Positions 1 to 9,458 of a stretch of 58,940 nt of DNA are shown here, piece by piece; positions within the stretch are counted from its first letter, which is position 1, and the number at the start of each line of letters is the position of its first letter. A program made the position numbers and the translations under genes. The stretch lies in NCBI GenBank assembly GCA_018895015.1, contig JAHIOX010000027.1:1-58940 (forward strand), in the 5' to 3' direction. Source of the DNA: Patescibacteria group bacterium. Its GTDB lineage: Bacteria > Patescibacteriota > Minisyncoccia > UBA9983. The notes below the pieces were generated by a model. The model did not search any database, was not told where the DNA came from, and was given only the letters and a program-made list of their open reading frames with translations.

Positions 1-876
1 AGCCTAAGAAACGCCCTTGCCCAATCCATAAACATACCCGCTGTCAAAACTTTGTATCTTTCCGGGATAAACGATTCGCTCGCGACAATCCAAGATATGG
101 GAATTACCACGTTAAACGATCCTTCCAGATACGGGCTTACCCTGGTGCTCGGAGGCGGCGAAGTTTCTCTTTTGGAAATGACGGGCGGTTATTCGGTTTT
201 CGCCAACAACGGAATTAAAAATCCTGTCAGCGGAATATTAAAAATAGAAGACAGCGAAGGCAATGTTCTTGAAAAATTTTCTCCCAAACCGAAACAAGCT
301 CTTGATAAGAACATCAGTTTAACGATTACCGATATTCTTTCCGACAATGTCGCGCGCGCGCCCGCTTTCGGCGAAGCATCCTGGCTTTATTTTCCGGAAC
401 GGCCCGTTGCCGCTAAAACCGGCACCACCAACAACTACCGCGACGCGTGGGTCATAGGATACACCCCGAACATCGCCGTTGGCGTCTGGTGCGGAAATAA
501 TGACAATACGTCAATGGAGAAAAAAGTCGCCGGTTTTATCGCCGCCCCTTTATGGAACGCGTTTATGAAAGAAGTATTCAAAGTTTTGCCAAAAGAAGAT
601 TTTGAAAAACCCTATCCCCTTCCGGAAACAAAGCCAATTCTTGCCGGGGACTGGAAAAACATAAGCCAATATTATTTTTTCTCAAATATACCGCAAATTG
701 AACCGGCTCCGGATCCAAGCCAGCCCGCGAAACCAAAAGTTCACTCCATACTTTATTGGGTAAATAAAAACGACCCGCTCGGCCCGGCGCCGGCCAACCC
801 GAACGACGACCCCCAATTCCGCTTATGGGAAGCCCCGGTTCTTCGCTGGGCGACTTCGCAAGGATATAACGATTAA
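1..876 (+). CDS. Penicillin-binding protein (class A/1A-like), C-terminal transpeptidase part; 5' truncated by window
   Basis: Frame open from base 1 (SLRNALAQSINIPAVK = SxN motif); KTGT motif (AAKTGTTNNYRDAW); Pro-rich tail. Confidence 0.9.
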   Translation, partial: SLRNALAQSINIPAVKTLYLSGINDSLATIQDMGITTLNDPSRYGLTLVLGGGEVSLLEMTGGYSVFANNGIKNPVSGILKIEDSEGNVLEKFSPKPKQALDKNISLTITDILSDNVARAPAFGEASWLYFPERPVAAKTGTTNNYRDAWVIGYTPNIAVGVWCGNNDNTSMEKKVAGFIAAPLWNAFMKEVFKVLPKEDFEKPYPLPETKPILAGDWKNISQYYFFSNIPQIEPAPDPSQPAKPKVHSILYWVNKNDPLGPAPANPNDDPQFRLWEAPVLRWATSQGYND

Positions 877-878
877 AA

Positions 879-1151
879 CTACCCCACTCTTATGTCAAAG
901 GGAGGATGTTTGGAAAATTTTTGCTTTAAAAGCTCCAGAATTTGATTTTTCCGCATAAAAATTTCATTTTTCAAAACCGCGTTTGAGGTTTTTACAAACA
1001 CCGTTCCGTTTCGAAATTCAATATCCTCCGGCTTAAATTCCATGTTAAAAACTTGTTTTAAAACTTTGGCGATTTCCTCCTTAGCCCAATCCTTGGACGG
1101 CTTTATAACAGTAAACCTCTCTAAAAATTTATCTATTTTATCCCAAGGCAT
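879..1151 (-). CDS. DciA/DUF721-like small protein
   Basis: 90 aa directly downstream of dnaN; C-terminal VKTSNAVLKNEIFMRKNQILE pattern resembles DUF721. Confidence 0.55.
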   Translation of the reverse strand: MPWDKIDKFLERFTVIKPSKDWAKEEIAKVLKQVFNMEFKPEDIEFRNGTVFVKTSNAVLKNEIFMRKNQILELLKQKFSKHPPFDIRVG

Positions 1152-1152
1152 A

Positions 1153-2277
1153 TTACATGCTGTTCATCGGCATTACGAGGTATTGGAACGAGGTGTCTTC
1201 GGCGCCGGTTATGAGAAGCGGCTTGCCTTCCCCGGCGAAACGAAGAAGTATTTTTGAGGATAAAACATACTGCAAACAATCAAAAACATATTTATTGTTA
1301 AAAGTTATTTTAATATCGTCGCCGGTTATTTTCGCCGGAATGCTTACAATATGCTCTCCAACGTCAACGCTTGATGTTTTGAGCGTTAGAAAATTATTTT
1401 TTACTCCGGTAATAATATTAAGCTCATTGAGTTTTCCTGAAAAAATTCCCGCCGTTTTTAAAGAATTGATAAAAATATTTTTTTCAACAATAACGTCCGT
1501 AACGAATTTTTTAGGAATTATTTGCTCGTAATCCGGAAAAACTCCTTCTGTCAGCCGCGAAATAAATTTAATATTATCCAATTCAAGATTAATTTGATTC
1601 TTATCAAAAGATAATTTTATTTTTCCTTCCTTGCCGTCAAAAACCCTTAAAATTTCAGCTACAGCCCTTGATTGGACAAGTAATGGGCTTAATTCCGAAA
1701 AAGAATAATTAAATTTTTTCTCAGCCAGCCTGAAGGAGTCAGTCGCGACAAAAGTTATCGGTTTTTTGCCGGAAAATATAAAAACTGAAGAAATTTCCGG
1801 TTTTATGTTTGAAAAAGAGCATGAATACCATACGCTTTTTAATCCGGATATAAAATCATTAACCGGAATCATAATATGATTATCCGTATTAATATCAGGA
1901 ATTATAGGAAAATCCTCCGGCGACTGCCCTTTTATTAAGGTGGAGCTGTTTTGAGTTGATATCAAAAGATTATTATTTTGCGATTCAAATGTAATATTTT
2001 CCTGTCCTGACGCTGATGACGCGTCTCCTGAAAAATTTGAAATAAAATTATTAACAACTCCGGCCGCAACGGTTATTTTTCCCTTTTTTTCTATTTTTGC
2101 CGGTATTTCAACTTCAATTCCAAGTTCAAGATTTGTGGCGATAAATTTCAAACTCCTGTTGGATTCAGCGGAAATTAAAATATTATTCAAAATAGGTAAA
2201 CTTAAATTTTTACCAGTGATTTTTTCACATAAACCTATCGCTTCTTTTAAATGATTTTTTAAACAAATTAATTTCAT
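1153..2277 (-). CDS. dnaN: DNA polymerase III beta clamp
   Basis: 374 aa; SLPILNNILI, ATNLELGI, ATDSFRLAE, FPDYEQIIP, YLVMPM motifs; follows dnaA. Confidence 0.97.
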   Translation of the reverse strand: MKLICLKNHLKEAIGLCEKITGKNLSLPILNNILISAESNRSLKFIATNLELGIEVEIPAKIEKKGKITVAAGVVNNFISNFSGDASSASGQENITFESQNNNLLISTQNSSTLIKGQSPEDFPIIPDINTDNHIMIPVNDFISGLKSVWYSCSFSNIKPEISSVFIFSGKKPITFVATDSFRLAEKKFNYSFSELSPLLVQSRAVAEILRVFDGKEGKIKLSFDKNQINLELDNIKFISRLTEGVFPDYEQIIPKKFVTDVIVEKNIFINSLKTAGIFSGKLNELNIITGVKNNFLTLKTSSVDVGEHIVSIPAKITGDDIKITFNNKYVFDCLQYVLSSKILLRFAGEGKPLLITGAEDTSFQYLVMPMNSM

Positions 2278-2497
2278 ACTTTAGATATTACTATAATAAT
2301 TAAATATATATAAATATTTGTTGTTGTATATATTGTGGATATGTTAATAAACTTATTTTGTTGTTGTATTTTAGTCTTTTATAAAAAATTAAATGTGTAT
2401 AAACAACTGGATAAAATGTAACTGATTATGGAAGCTTTTATTTTAAATTTTTTAATGCACATTTAATTAATAATTTATACGCTGCCTTATTCACAAC
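2278..2497. other. Putative replication origin (oriC) between dnaA and dnaN
   Basis: Very AT-rich spacer with DnaA-box matches: TTATACACA (2394-2402, minus), TTATTCACA (2487-2495), ATATCCACA (2334-2342, minus); AT-only stretch near 2284-2318. Confidence 0.75.
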
Positions 2498-3871
2498 TTA
2501 TGCGCTTTTTTCGTATAGAATATTTCTAATAATAGCTAATTCCTGGTTTAATCGATCGTTGTTTTTTATTGAATTATTAATTTTTTTGTAAGCGTGAATA
2601 ACTGTTGTGTGGTCCCTCTGTCCGAATTTTTGTCCTATGTATGGGTAAGAAATACTTAAGTCTTCTCTTAATAAGTACATCGCGATTTGGCGCGGCATAA
2701 CTATTTCTTTTTTTCTTGTTTTTTCAAAAAGATTTTTTTCTTCAATATTGTAAAAATCAGCGATAGTTTTTATGACATGATTGATTGTTAATGTTTTTAT
2801 CGGTTTAGCGTTCTTTTTTAAAATATCTTTGACTTCTTGCTGGTTTAATATTTTTCCTTTTATTTTTGATTGTCCTATAACTGAATTTAACGCTCCTTCA
2901 AGTTCTCTGATATTTTCTTGGATCGCGGATGCTATGTATTCTAAAATTTCATCTGAAAGCGGATATCCCTTTAATCTGGCTTTTTCTCTTATAATCGCCA
3001 GGCGCGCTTCAAATTCAGGCGGAGAAACATCAACTATCATTCCGCCTTCAAATCTTGACCTTAATCTTTCTTCCAGCCCGACGATGTATTTCGGCGGCTT
3101 GTCTGACGAGAAAACAATCTGGCTGTTTCTTTCGTAAAGCGTGTTAAAAATATGGAAAAATTCTTCCTGAACTTTTAATTTGTTGGCGAAAAATTGGATG
3201 TCATCTATTATCAAAAAATTATATTTTCTGTATTTTTCTTTAAAAGAATAAGTATTTTTGTTTTGAATGGAGTTTATAAATTCAGTGGTGAATTTTTCAG
3301 AGGTCAAATAAAGAACTTTATTCTCCGGATTGTTTTCTTTAACTTTATTTCCTATAGCCTGGATTAAATGAGTTTTACCTAATCCTACGCCGCCGTAAAT
3401 AAAAAGAGGATTGTATGCCGTGCCGAGATTTTTTGCCACTGACAGCGCGGCGGCGTTAGCCACCTCGTTAAAAGAACCGACGATATATGAATCAAACGTG
3501 TATTTAGGATTAAGATTGGCTTCTTTGTCCGCGTAAAATTCATTGAAGCCGAGCTGCTCTTCCGCGTGAGCTGGTGCCGACGCCATTTTTGCTTGCTCGT
3601 TTTTAACCGGAGGGATGGTTTGCGCGACAATGCAATACTCAATATTCCTGATATTGGAATTTATATCGCGCAAAGCTTTAATGATAAACTTATGATATTT
3701 GTTGCTAAGCCATTCCTTAACAAATCCGCTGGGAACGTTTATAAAAATGACGCCGTTTTCATATCCGCTGATGCTGGTATTTTTGAACCAAGTGGCAAAA
3801 TTAGCCCTGGAAAGATTGAATTCTATTTCAACAAGAGCATCTTTCCAAAGTTTTTCATAATCTATTGCCAT
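2498..3871 (-). CDS. dnaA: Chromosomal replication initiator DnaA
   Basis: NPLFIYGGVGLGKTHL Walker A, IIDDIQF, RLRSRFEGG, RDHTTVIHA; start moved to ATG 3871 (MAIDYEKLW) because the longer ORF overlaps rnpA. Confidence 0.97.
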   Translation of the reverse strand: MAIDYEKLWKDALVEIEFNLSRANFATWFKNTSISGYENGVIFINVPSGFVKEWLSNKYHKFIIKALRDINSNIRNIEYCIVAQTIPPVKNEQAKMASAPAHAEEQLGFNEFYADKEANLNPKYTFDSYIVGSFNEVANAAALSVAKNLGTAYNPLFIYGGVGLGKTHLIQAIGNKVKENNPENKVLYLTSEKFTTEFINSIQNKNTYSFKEKYRKYNFLIIDDIQFFANKLKVQEEFFHIFNTLYERNSQIVFSSDKPPKYIVGLEERLRSRFEGGMIVDVSPPEFEARLAIIREKARLKGYPLSDEILEYIASAIQENIRELEGALNSVIGQSKIKGKILNQQEVKDILKKNAKPIKTLTINHVIKTIADFYNIEEKNLFEKTRKKEIVMPRQIAMYLLREDLSISYPYIGQKFGQRDHTTVIHAYKKINNSIKNNDRLNQELAIIRNILYEKSA

Positions 3872-3877
3872 GTTTTT

Positions 3878-3886
3878 ATTATACCA
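3878..3886 (-). promoter_or_regulatory. Extended -10 promoter (TGGTATAAT) for dnaA
   Basis: TGnTATAAT ending 6 nt before the dnaA ATG. Confidence 0.6.
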
Positions 3887-4007
3887 GCTTATCAATATTA
3901 CCAAACGTGCCGGTATTTGCGTAAACCTTAATACACATGTTAATATCTTGTGGATTAGAAGTGAATATTGATTGTTGGCGGTTTTATTGTATAATGAAAA
4001 AATACTG

Positions 4008-4349
4008 ATGTTGCCCAAGAAACACAGAATTACAAAAAAATCTTTTGAAGACATTTTTAAGCGGGGAAAAAATTATTTTTCCGATTATATATCTCTAAAG
4101 GTTTGCCCCATTCCGGAAAACCGCAGCATTTTTACTTTTGTTGTTTCTTCAAAAGTTGCTAAAAAGGCCGTGGAGCGCAATAAATTAAAGCGCAGATCAA
4201 GATATATCGTGAAAAAAATTCTGGATAAGGCGAAAAAAGGCTGCGGAGTGATAGTTTTTTTTAAAAAAGACAGCAATAAATTAAATTTTTACGATTTAGA
4301 GCGTGAAATTATAGTTATTTTGGAAAAAGCCAAAATATTGGATAATTAA
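4008..4349 (+). CDS. rnpA: Ribonuclease P protein component
   Basis: MLPKKHRI start, VVSSKVAKKAVERNKLKRR RNR motif; divergent from dnaA. Confidence 0.93.
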   Translation: MLPKKHRITKKSFEDIFKRGKNYFSDYISLKVCPIPENRSIFTFVVSSKVAKKAVERNKLKRRSRYIVKKILDKAKKGCGVIVFFKKDSNKLNFYDLEREIIVILEKAKILDN

Positions 4350-4356
4350 AAAATAT

Positions 4357-5130
4357 ATGATATCAAACTTTTTTTATACCGTTTTTTACGAGCCGCTGTT
4401 GAACAGCTTGATTTGGATTATAGGCGTTGTTCCCTATCACGATGTTGGATTCGCAATAATTATTTTAACGCTGCTTGTGCGCGCCATTATTTTCCCATTT
4501 AACCATAGGGCGATTGTAACTCAAAGAAAAATAAAGCAATTAGAGCCGAAGCTTAAAGAAATTAAAGAAAAATTCAAGAAAGACAATCAAGAGCAAGCGA
4601 AAAAGATAATGGAATTGTACAAAGGCCACGGGATCAATCCATTTTCCGGGTTTCTTACCCTTTTAATACAGCTTCCTTTGATATTCGCCCTTTATAAAGT
4701 TTTTTCAAGCGGCATAAATTTTGACCACGCGCGCTTATATTCTTTTATTTCCGTTCCGGACAAAATAAACATAAATTTTTTGGGTATCTTTGACATTACA
4801 CAAAAAAGCTATATCTGGGCTTTTTTAACGGCCGGCTCCCAATTTCTTCAAATGCGGCTGGCCATACCGCCGGTAAAAAACTTTCAGAAGGCGGTTGGCA
4901 CGTTTAAAGAGGATTTCGCGAAAAATATGAGCATGCAAATGCGCTATGTGCTGCCATTTTTTATATTTTTTGTTGCGTTAAGATTCTCGGCCGCGATTTC
5001 TGTTTATTGGACGACTATGAATATTTTTGCTATAGTGCATGAAACGATTGTTAAAAATAAGGCGGAAAAATATTTAGAAAATGGAACAGCAAAAACAAAT
5101 AATAAAAGAATTACTGGAGGCGATGCTTGA
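4357..5130 (+). CDS. yidC: Membrane protein insertase YidC/Oxa1 (short form)
   Basis: AIIILTLLVR, ELYKGHGINPFSG, LIQLPLIFALY, SVYWTTMN. Confidence 0.93.
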   Translation: MISNFFYTVFYEPLLNSLIWIIGVVPYHDVGFAIIILTLLVRAIIFPFNHRAIVTQRKIKQLEPKLKEIKEKFKKDNQEQAKKIMELYKGHGINPFSGFLTLLIQLPLIFALYKVFSSGINFDHARLYSFISVPDKININFLGIFDITQKSYIWAFLTAGSQFLQMRLAIPPVKNFQKAVGTFKEDFAKNMSMQMRYVLPFFIFFVALRFSAAISVYWTTMNIFAIVHETIVKNKAEKYLENGTAKTNNKRITGGDA

Positions 5131-5545
5131 AAAATTGAATGTAAGCGCCGAGGTTAATTTAATAGAAAGCGTTGAATGCCCGCAGTTTGTTGTCAGGACC
5201 CAGGAAGGCGGCGTATTGATAGGAGAAAAAGGGAAAAATTTAATCGCGTTTAACCATTTGCTTAAAAAAATCGCGGAAAAAGAGTTTGAAAGAAACAACC
5301 TTGAAAAAATCCAATTTTTTTTGGATATAAATGATTATCACGCGAAAAGGATTGAAGAACTGAAAAATTTGGCCAGAATGGCCGCGCAAAGAGTGCGTTA
5401 TTTTAAGAAAGACATTGAAATGAGCCCGTTAACTTCTTATGAAAGAAGAATTGTCCACGCTTTTTTAGCTGAATATCCGGATGTAACCACTGAAAGCAAG
5501 GGCGAAGACCCCAACCGCCGGGTCGTAATAAAGCTATACGAGTAA
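5081..5545 (+). CDS. Jag/KhpB-like KH-R3H RNA-binding protein (short form)
   Basis: LIGEKGKNL KH loop, SYERRIVH R3H motif, GEDPNRRVVI; follows yidC. Confidence 0.88.
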   Translation: MEQQKQIIKELLEAMLEKLNVSAEVNLIESVECPQFVVRTQEGGVLIGEKGKNLIAFNHLLKKIAEKEFERNNLEKIQFFLDINDYHAKRIEELKNLARMAAQRVRYFKKDIEMSPLTSYERRIVHAFLAEYPDVTTESKGEDPNRRVVIKLYE

Positions 5546-5547
5546 AT

Positions 5548-5784
5548 ATGAATGTAATCACTATTCCTAAGAATATGGCAAAAAATGACGACTTGGTGAT
5601 TATTCCCCGCAAAGAATACGAGGAGTTTTTAGCGTCAAAAGAAAAAAAAGAGCAAGTTACCGAATCTGATGTTTTGCGCTGGTCGCGAGAAGCCAAGAAA
5701 CTAAAAAAGGCGGGGAAATTGCCTCTGTTTAAGGATTTAATCAAAAAAGAATATCCATCTTTGGCAAAGAAATATAGTTTATGA
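5548..5784 (+). CDS. Putative antitoxin
   Basis: 78 aa, overlaps the start of a RelE-like toxin by 4 nt; DDLVIIPRKEYEEF N-terminus. Confidence 0.6.
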   Translation: MNVITIPKNMAKNDDLVIIPRKEYEEFLASKEKKEQVTESDVLRWSREAKKLKKAGKLPLFKDLIKKEYPSLAKKYSL

Positions 5785-6035
5785 AAATTGTTCATACTCC
5801 GAAGTTTGAACGGACATTTAAGAAATTACCTGTTTCTCTCGCGGAAAAAATAATTGAACGGACTTTAATGTTTGAGAAAAACCCTTTTGATTCTCGCCTT
5901 GAAACGCACAAACTTCACGGCAAATTGAAAGAGCAATGGAGTTTTTCAATTGATAAAAAATACCGGATTTTGTTTGAGTTTGATAATTCCGACGTTGTTT
6001 TCCTTGACGTAGGCGACCACAATTTGTATAAATAA
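5781..6035 (+). CDS. RelE/ParE-superfamily type II toxin
   Basis: 84 aa basic protein; NPFDSRLETHKLHG, WSFSIDKKYRILF, DVGDHNLY are RelE-fold hallmarks. Confidence 0.85.
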   Translation: MKIVHTPKFERTFKKLPVSLAEKIIERTLMFEKNPFDSRLETHKLHGKLKEQWSFSIDKKYRILFEFDNSDVVFLDVGDHNLYK

Positions 6036-6050
6036 GTTTTTAACAGAAAC

Positions 6051-7070
6051 ATGCAGGTAGAAATCAAAAAACTTCCGGGGTCGGAGATTGAGATTATCGG
6101 TGGGATATCAGCCGATAATTTTGAAGTTTTTAGGCCGCGGGCCGTAAAAGAAATTTCTGACAGCATTGGAATTGACGGTTTTAGGCCAGGCAAAGCGCCG
6201 GAGAAAATTTTAATTGAAAAAGTGGGAGAAATGGCCGTTCTTGAAAAAATGGCAAATTTCGCTTTGGACAAGGAATATATTAAAATTATTGAAGAAAATA
6301 AAATAAAGGCGATTGGAAGGCCGGAAATCACAATTACTAAAATTGCCAAAAATAATCCGTTGGAATTTAAGATAAAGACAGCGGTTCTTCCTGAAATAGA
6401 ACTTCCCGATTACAAAGAGATTGCCGGTGAAATTATTGGAAAAGAAGAAGAAATTATTGTTGAAGACAGCGAAGTTGCCAAGGCGCTGGATTATTTGGTA
6501 AAAGCGCGCGCTGAAAAAAAGGAAAACGGAGAAGCGGTTATTCCGGAGCTGAATGATGAATTTGCCAAAAGCGTCGGCAAATTTGGTTCATTGGAAGAGC
6601 TTAAGCGTGCTATTAAAAACAATTTAAAAGAAGAAAAAACAGTAAATTCAGCGCAAAAGAAAAGAATTGAGATTTTGGATAAAATTATAGAATCCTCAAA
6701 AATGGATGTGCCGAATATCCTTGTTGTAGCGGAAAAAAACAAAATGAGGGAAGAAATGAAGGCGAGCATAACCCAAATGGGCGTTAAGTGGGAAGATTAT
6801 TTAAGCCATATTAAAAAAACAGAGGAAGAAATTGAGAAAGACTGGGATCAAGACGCGTTAAAGCGCGCGAAATATAATTTGGCGATAGAAGAAATCGCCG
6901 TTTTGGAGAAAATAGACGTTCCTGAAGAAGAATTGGGGCCGGAAACAGATAAATTAATGGAATATTATTCAGCGCGCTATAAAGATATTGACCGAGACCG
7001 GGTTAAGGCGTACACTTATGACATGATTAAAAACCAAAAAGTCTTTAATTTGCTGGAAAATAAAAAGTAA
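6051..7070 (+). CDS. tig: Trigger factor lacking the FKBP domain
   Basis: [10 protein letters not shown] ribosome-binding signature, ELNDEFAK, C-terminal domain; only 339 aa; precedes clpP. Confidence 0.9.
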   Translation: MQVEIKKLPGSEIEIIGGISADNFEVFRPRAVKEISDSIGIDGFRPGKAPEKILIEKVGEMAVLEKMANFALDKEYIKIIEENKIKAIGRPEITITKIAKNNPLEFKIKTAVLPEIELPDYKEIAGEIIGKEEEIIVEDSEVAKALDYLVKARAEKKENGEAVIPELNDEFAKSVGKFGSLEELKRAIKNNLKEEKTVNSAQKKRIEILDKIIESSKMDVPNILVVAEKNKMREEMKASITQMGVKWEDYLSHIKKTEEEIEKDWDQDALKRAKYNLAIEEIAVLEKIDVPEEELGPETDKLMEYYSARYKDIDRDRVKAYTYDMIKNQKVFNLLENKK

Positions 7071-7074
7071 AACC

Positions 7075-7653
7075 ATGTTAATACCGACAGTTATTGAAAA
7101 AACTCAATACGGAGAAAGGGCTTATGATATTTATTCTCGCTTGCTTAAAGAAAGAATCGTGTTTGTGGGCGGGTTGATCAGCGATCCGATGGCTAATACT
7201 GTTATTGCCCAGCTTTTGTTTTTGGAAAATGCGGACCCGCAAAAGGATATTCATCTTTATATAAATTCGCCAGGCGGGTCGGTAACTGCAACTCTTGCCA
7301 TGTATGACGTTATGAATCATGTTAAGCCGGATGTCGCCACTTATTGTGTCGGGCTAGCCGCTTCCGGAGGGGCGATACTTTTGGCCGGCGGCAAGAAAGG
7401 AAAGAGATTCGCTTTGCCAAACTCGGAGATTATGATTCACCAGGTGATGGGAGGCGCTGAGGGCCAAGCAGTTGATATTGATATTCAGGCGCGCCATATT
7501 TTAAGAATAAAAGATAAATTAAATCAGCTTCTTGCCAAGCACACAAATCAGCCTCTTTCTAAAATTGAAAAAGACACCGACCGAGACTTTTTTATGACTG
7601 CCGAAGAGGCCAAAAAATACGGCTTGATAGACAATATTTTGAAGGTGAAGTAA
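7075..7653 (+). CDS. clpP: ATP-dependent Clp protease proteolytic subunit
   Basis: [26 protein letters not shown] (Ser), IMIHQ (His), DTDRD. Confidence 0.97.
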   Translation: MLIPTVIEKTQYGERAYDIYSRLLKERIVFVGGLISDPMANTVIAQLLFLENADPQKDIHLYINSPGGSVTATLAMYDVMNHVKPDVATYCVGLAASGGAILLAGGKKGKRFALPNSEIMIHQVMGGAEGQAVDIDIQARHILRIKDKLNQLLAKHTNQPLSKIEKDTDRDFFMTAEEAKKYGLIDNILKVK

Positions 7654-7660
7654 GAGCGCT

Positions 7661-9283
7661 TTATTTCAATTTTTCCAGCAGGCTTTTGCTGGTCATTGAT
7701 TCCAGTTTTTTTATGCCCATCAGCTCTAAAATCGTTGGCGCGACATCGGTGAGGGTTCCCTTCACCGTTTTATAGCTTTCCTTTATTTCTTCTTCAGACG
7801 CGGGTTTTTCTTTTTTTGCTTCGCTGCTGATTAAATAAAAAGGCACGGGGTTGATTGAATGCTTTGTTTTTTCTTCACCGGTGGTTTTGTAGATTTTTTC
7901 TTCCGCGTTGCCATGGTCTGAAGTTATAACCATGGCGCCGCCCAAGCCCAGCACTTTTTCCATGATTTTACCGACGCAGATATCAAGAACTTCAAAGGCC
8001 TTTGCGGTTGCCGTAAAATTGCCGGTATGCCCAACCATGTCCGCGTTCGCGAAGTTAATTGCTATAAAGTCATATTTTTCAATATTGGAAACAACATCTT
8101 CAGTGATTTTTTTTGCTGACATTTCAGGCGCCTGGTCGTATGAAGGCACATCAGGAGATTCCACAAGTATTCTGTCTTCGTTCGCAAAAGGCGTTTCTCT
8201 GCCGCCGTTGAAAAAATAAGTAATGTGGGCGTATTTTTCAGTTTCAGCTATGTGCAGCTGCTTGAGGCCGTTTTCAGAAAGCACTTTTGCCAGCGGATGC
8301 TCCACTTCGGCTGATTTAAAAGCGACAAGAGATTGAAGCGTTTTGTCGTAGTCAGTCATTGTCACAAAAACAACGTTACTCAGGTTTTTTCTTGGAAATT
8401 TATTAAATTCTTTATCAATGAAAGAATGAGCCAGCTGGCGCATACTGTCTTCGCGGAAATTAAAAAATATTATTGCGTCGTTATCTTTGATTCTGGAATT
8501 TGGACTTGGACATCCAGTGTCCAAGTGGACACTGGATGTCCTTAAAAGCCCAGGTTCAATTATTTGGTCAAAAATGTCTTTTTCGTACTGATTTTGAATG
8601 TACGAGGAAGCAGAATCAAACTCTTTTCCTTCCCCATTAACGAAAAGATTATACGCTTTTTCTGTTTTTGCCCATTTGTTGTCGCGGTCCATCGCGAAAT
8701 TCCGGCCTATGACGGAAGCGATTTTTGTATTTGGATAATTTTGCTCAAGGTCTTTTTCCAGTTTTTTGTAAAATTCGGCGCCCTCTTTTTTGTAAGCGTC
8801 TTTGCCGTCTGCAAAAAGATGCAAACAAACGTTTTTTACTTTTTTCTGTTTTGCAAAATCCAAAAGCGCGTAGAGATGTTCAAAGTAGGCATGCACTGTT
8901 CCTGTGGAAAAAAGTCCAATAAGATGCAAGGATTTGGTTTCGTCCGGCAATCCGCCAGCAGGCGGATTTATATGCGCGACAGCTTTTAAAAAGGCCTCAT
9001 TGTTAAAAAAAGTATGGTCATTAATGGATCTTGATATGCGCGGCAGGTAATTAAAGATGATTTTTCCGGCTCCCATAGTGAGGTGCCCGACCTCGCTGTT
9101 CCCTGCTTCTCCCCAAGGAAGCCCGACTGCCATTCCGGACGCTTGGATAGCGGTGAACGGATAAAATTTTTCTATTTCCGAAAAAACAGTATGGCTGGCG
9201 ATTTCCCACGGAGAGCCGATTTTGTCAGGCGAAATTCCGAATCCGTCTATTATGATTAAAACGACAGGGCTATATTTTTTCAT
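7661..9283 (-). CDS. gpmI: 2,3-bisphosphoglycerate-independent phosphoglycerate mutase
   Basis: LIIIDGFG, GNSEVGH, AETEKYAH, NADMVGHTG, TSDHGNAE; start moved to ATG 9283. Confidence 0.95.
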   Translation of the reverse strand: MKKYSPVVLIIIDGFGISPDKIGSPWEIASHTVFSEIEKFYPFTAIQASGMAVGLPWGEAGNSEVGHLTMGAGKIIFNYLPRISRSINDHTFFNNEAFLKAVAHINPPAGGLPDETKSLHLIGLFSTGTVHAYFEHLYALLDFAKQKKVKNVCLHLFADGKDAYKKEGAEFYKKLEKDLEQNYPNTKIASVIGRNFAMDRDNKWAKTEKAYNLFVNGEGKEFDSASSYIQNQYEKDIFDQIIEPGLLRTSSVHLDTGCPSPNSRIKDNDAIIFFNFREDSMRQLAHSFIDKEFNKFPRKNLSNVVFVTMTDYDKTLQSLVAFKSAEVEHPLAKVLSENGLKQLHIAETEKYAHITYFFNGGRETPFANEDRILVESPDVPSYDQAPEMSAKKITEDVVSNIEKYDFIAINFANADMVGHTGNFTATAKAFEVLDICVGKIMEKVLGLGGAMVITSDHGNAEEKIYKTTGEEKTKHSINPVPFYLISSEAKKEKPASEEEIKESYKTVKGTLTDVAPTILELMGIKKLESMTSKSLLEKLK

Positions 9284-9458
9284 CGTTTTTTTATTATACT
9301 TTATAATTCGTTTTAGGACAAAAATATAATCTCTGGACAATTGCCGCGGAAATTGTTAATATAAATTTATTAATTCATTAATTCTGTTATTTATTGATTT
9401 AATTTAAGCAAATTTGTTCAAACATATTTTATGAAATCGAACATTATGCTTCATTTAT

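Noticed and set aside
2009-2025. GACGC-tgatgac-GCGTC in dnaN (GDASSASGQ) as another palindromic insert
   Set aside because: Stem is only 5 bp and there is no second copy in the window; needs an orthologue alignment
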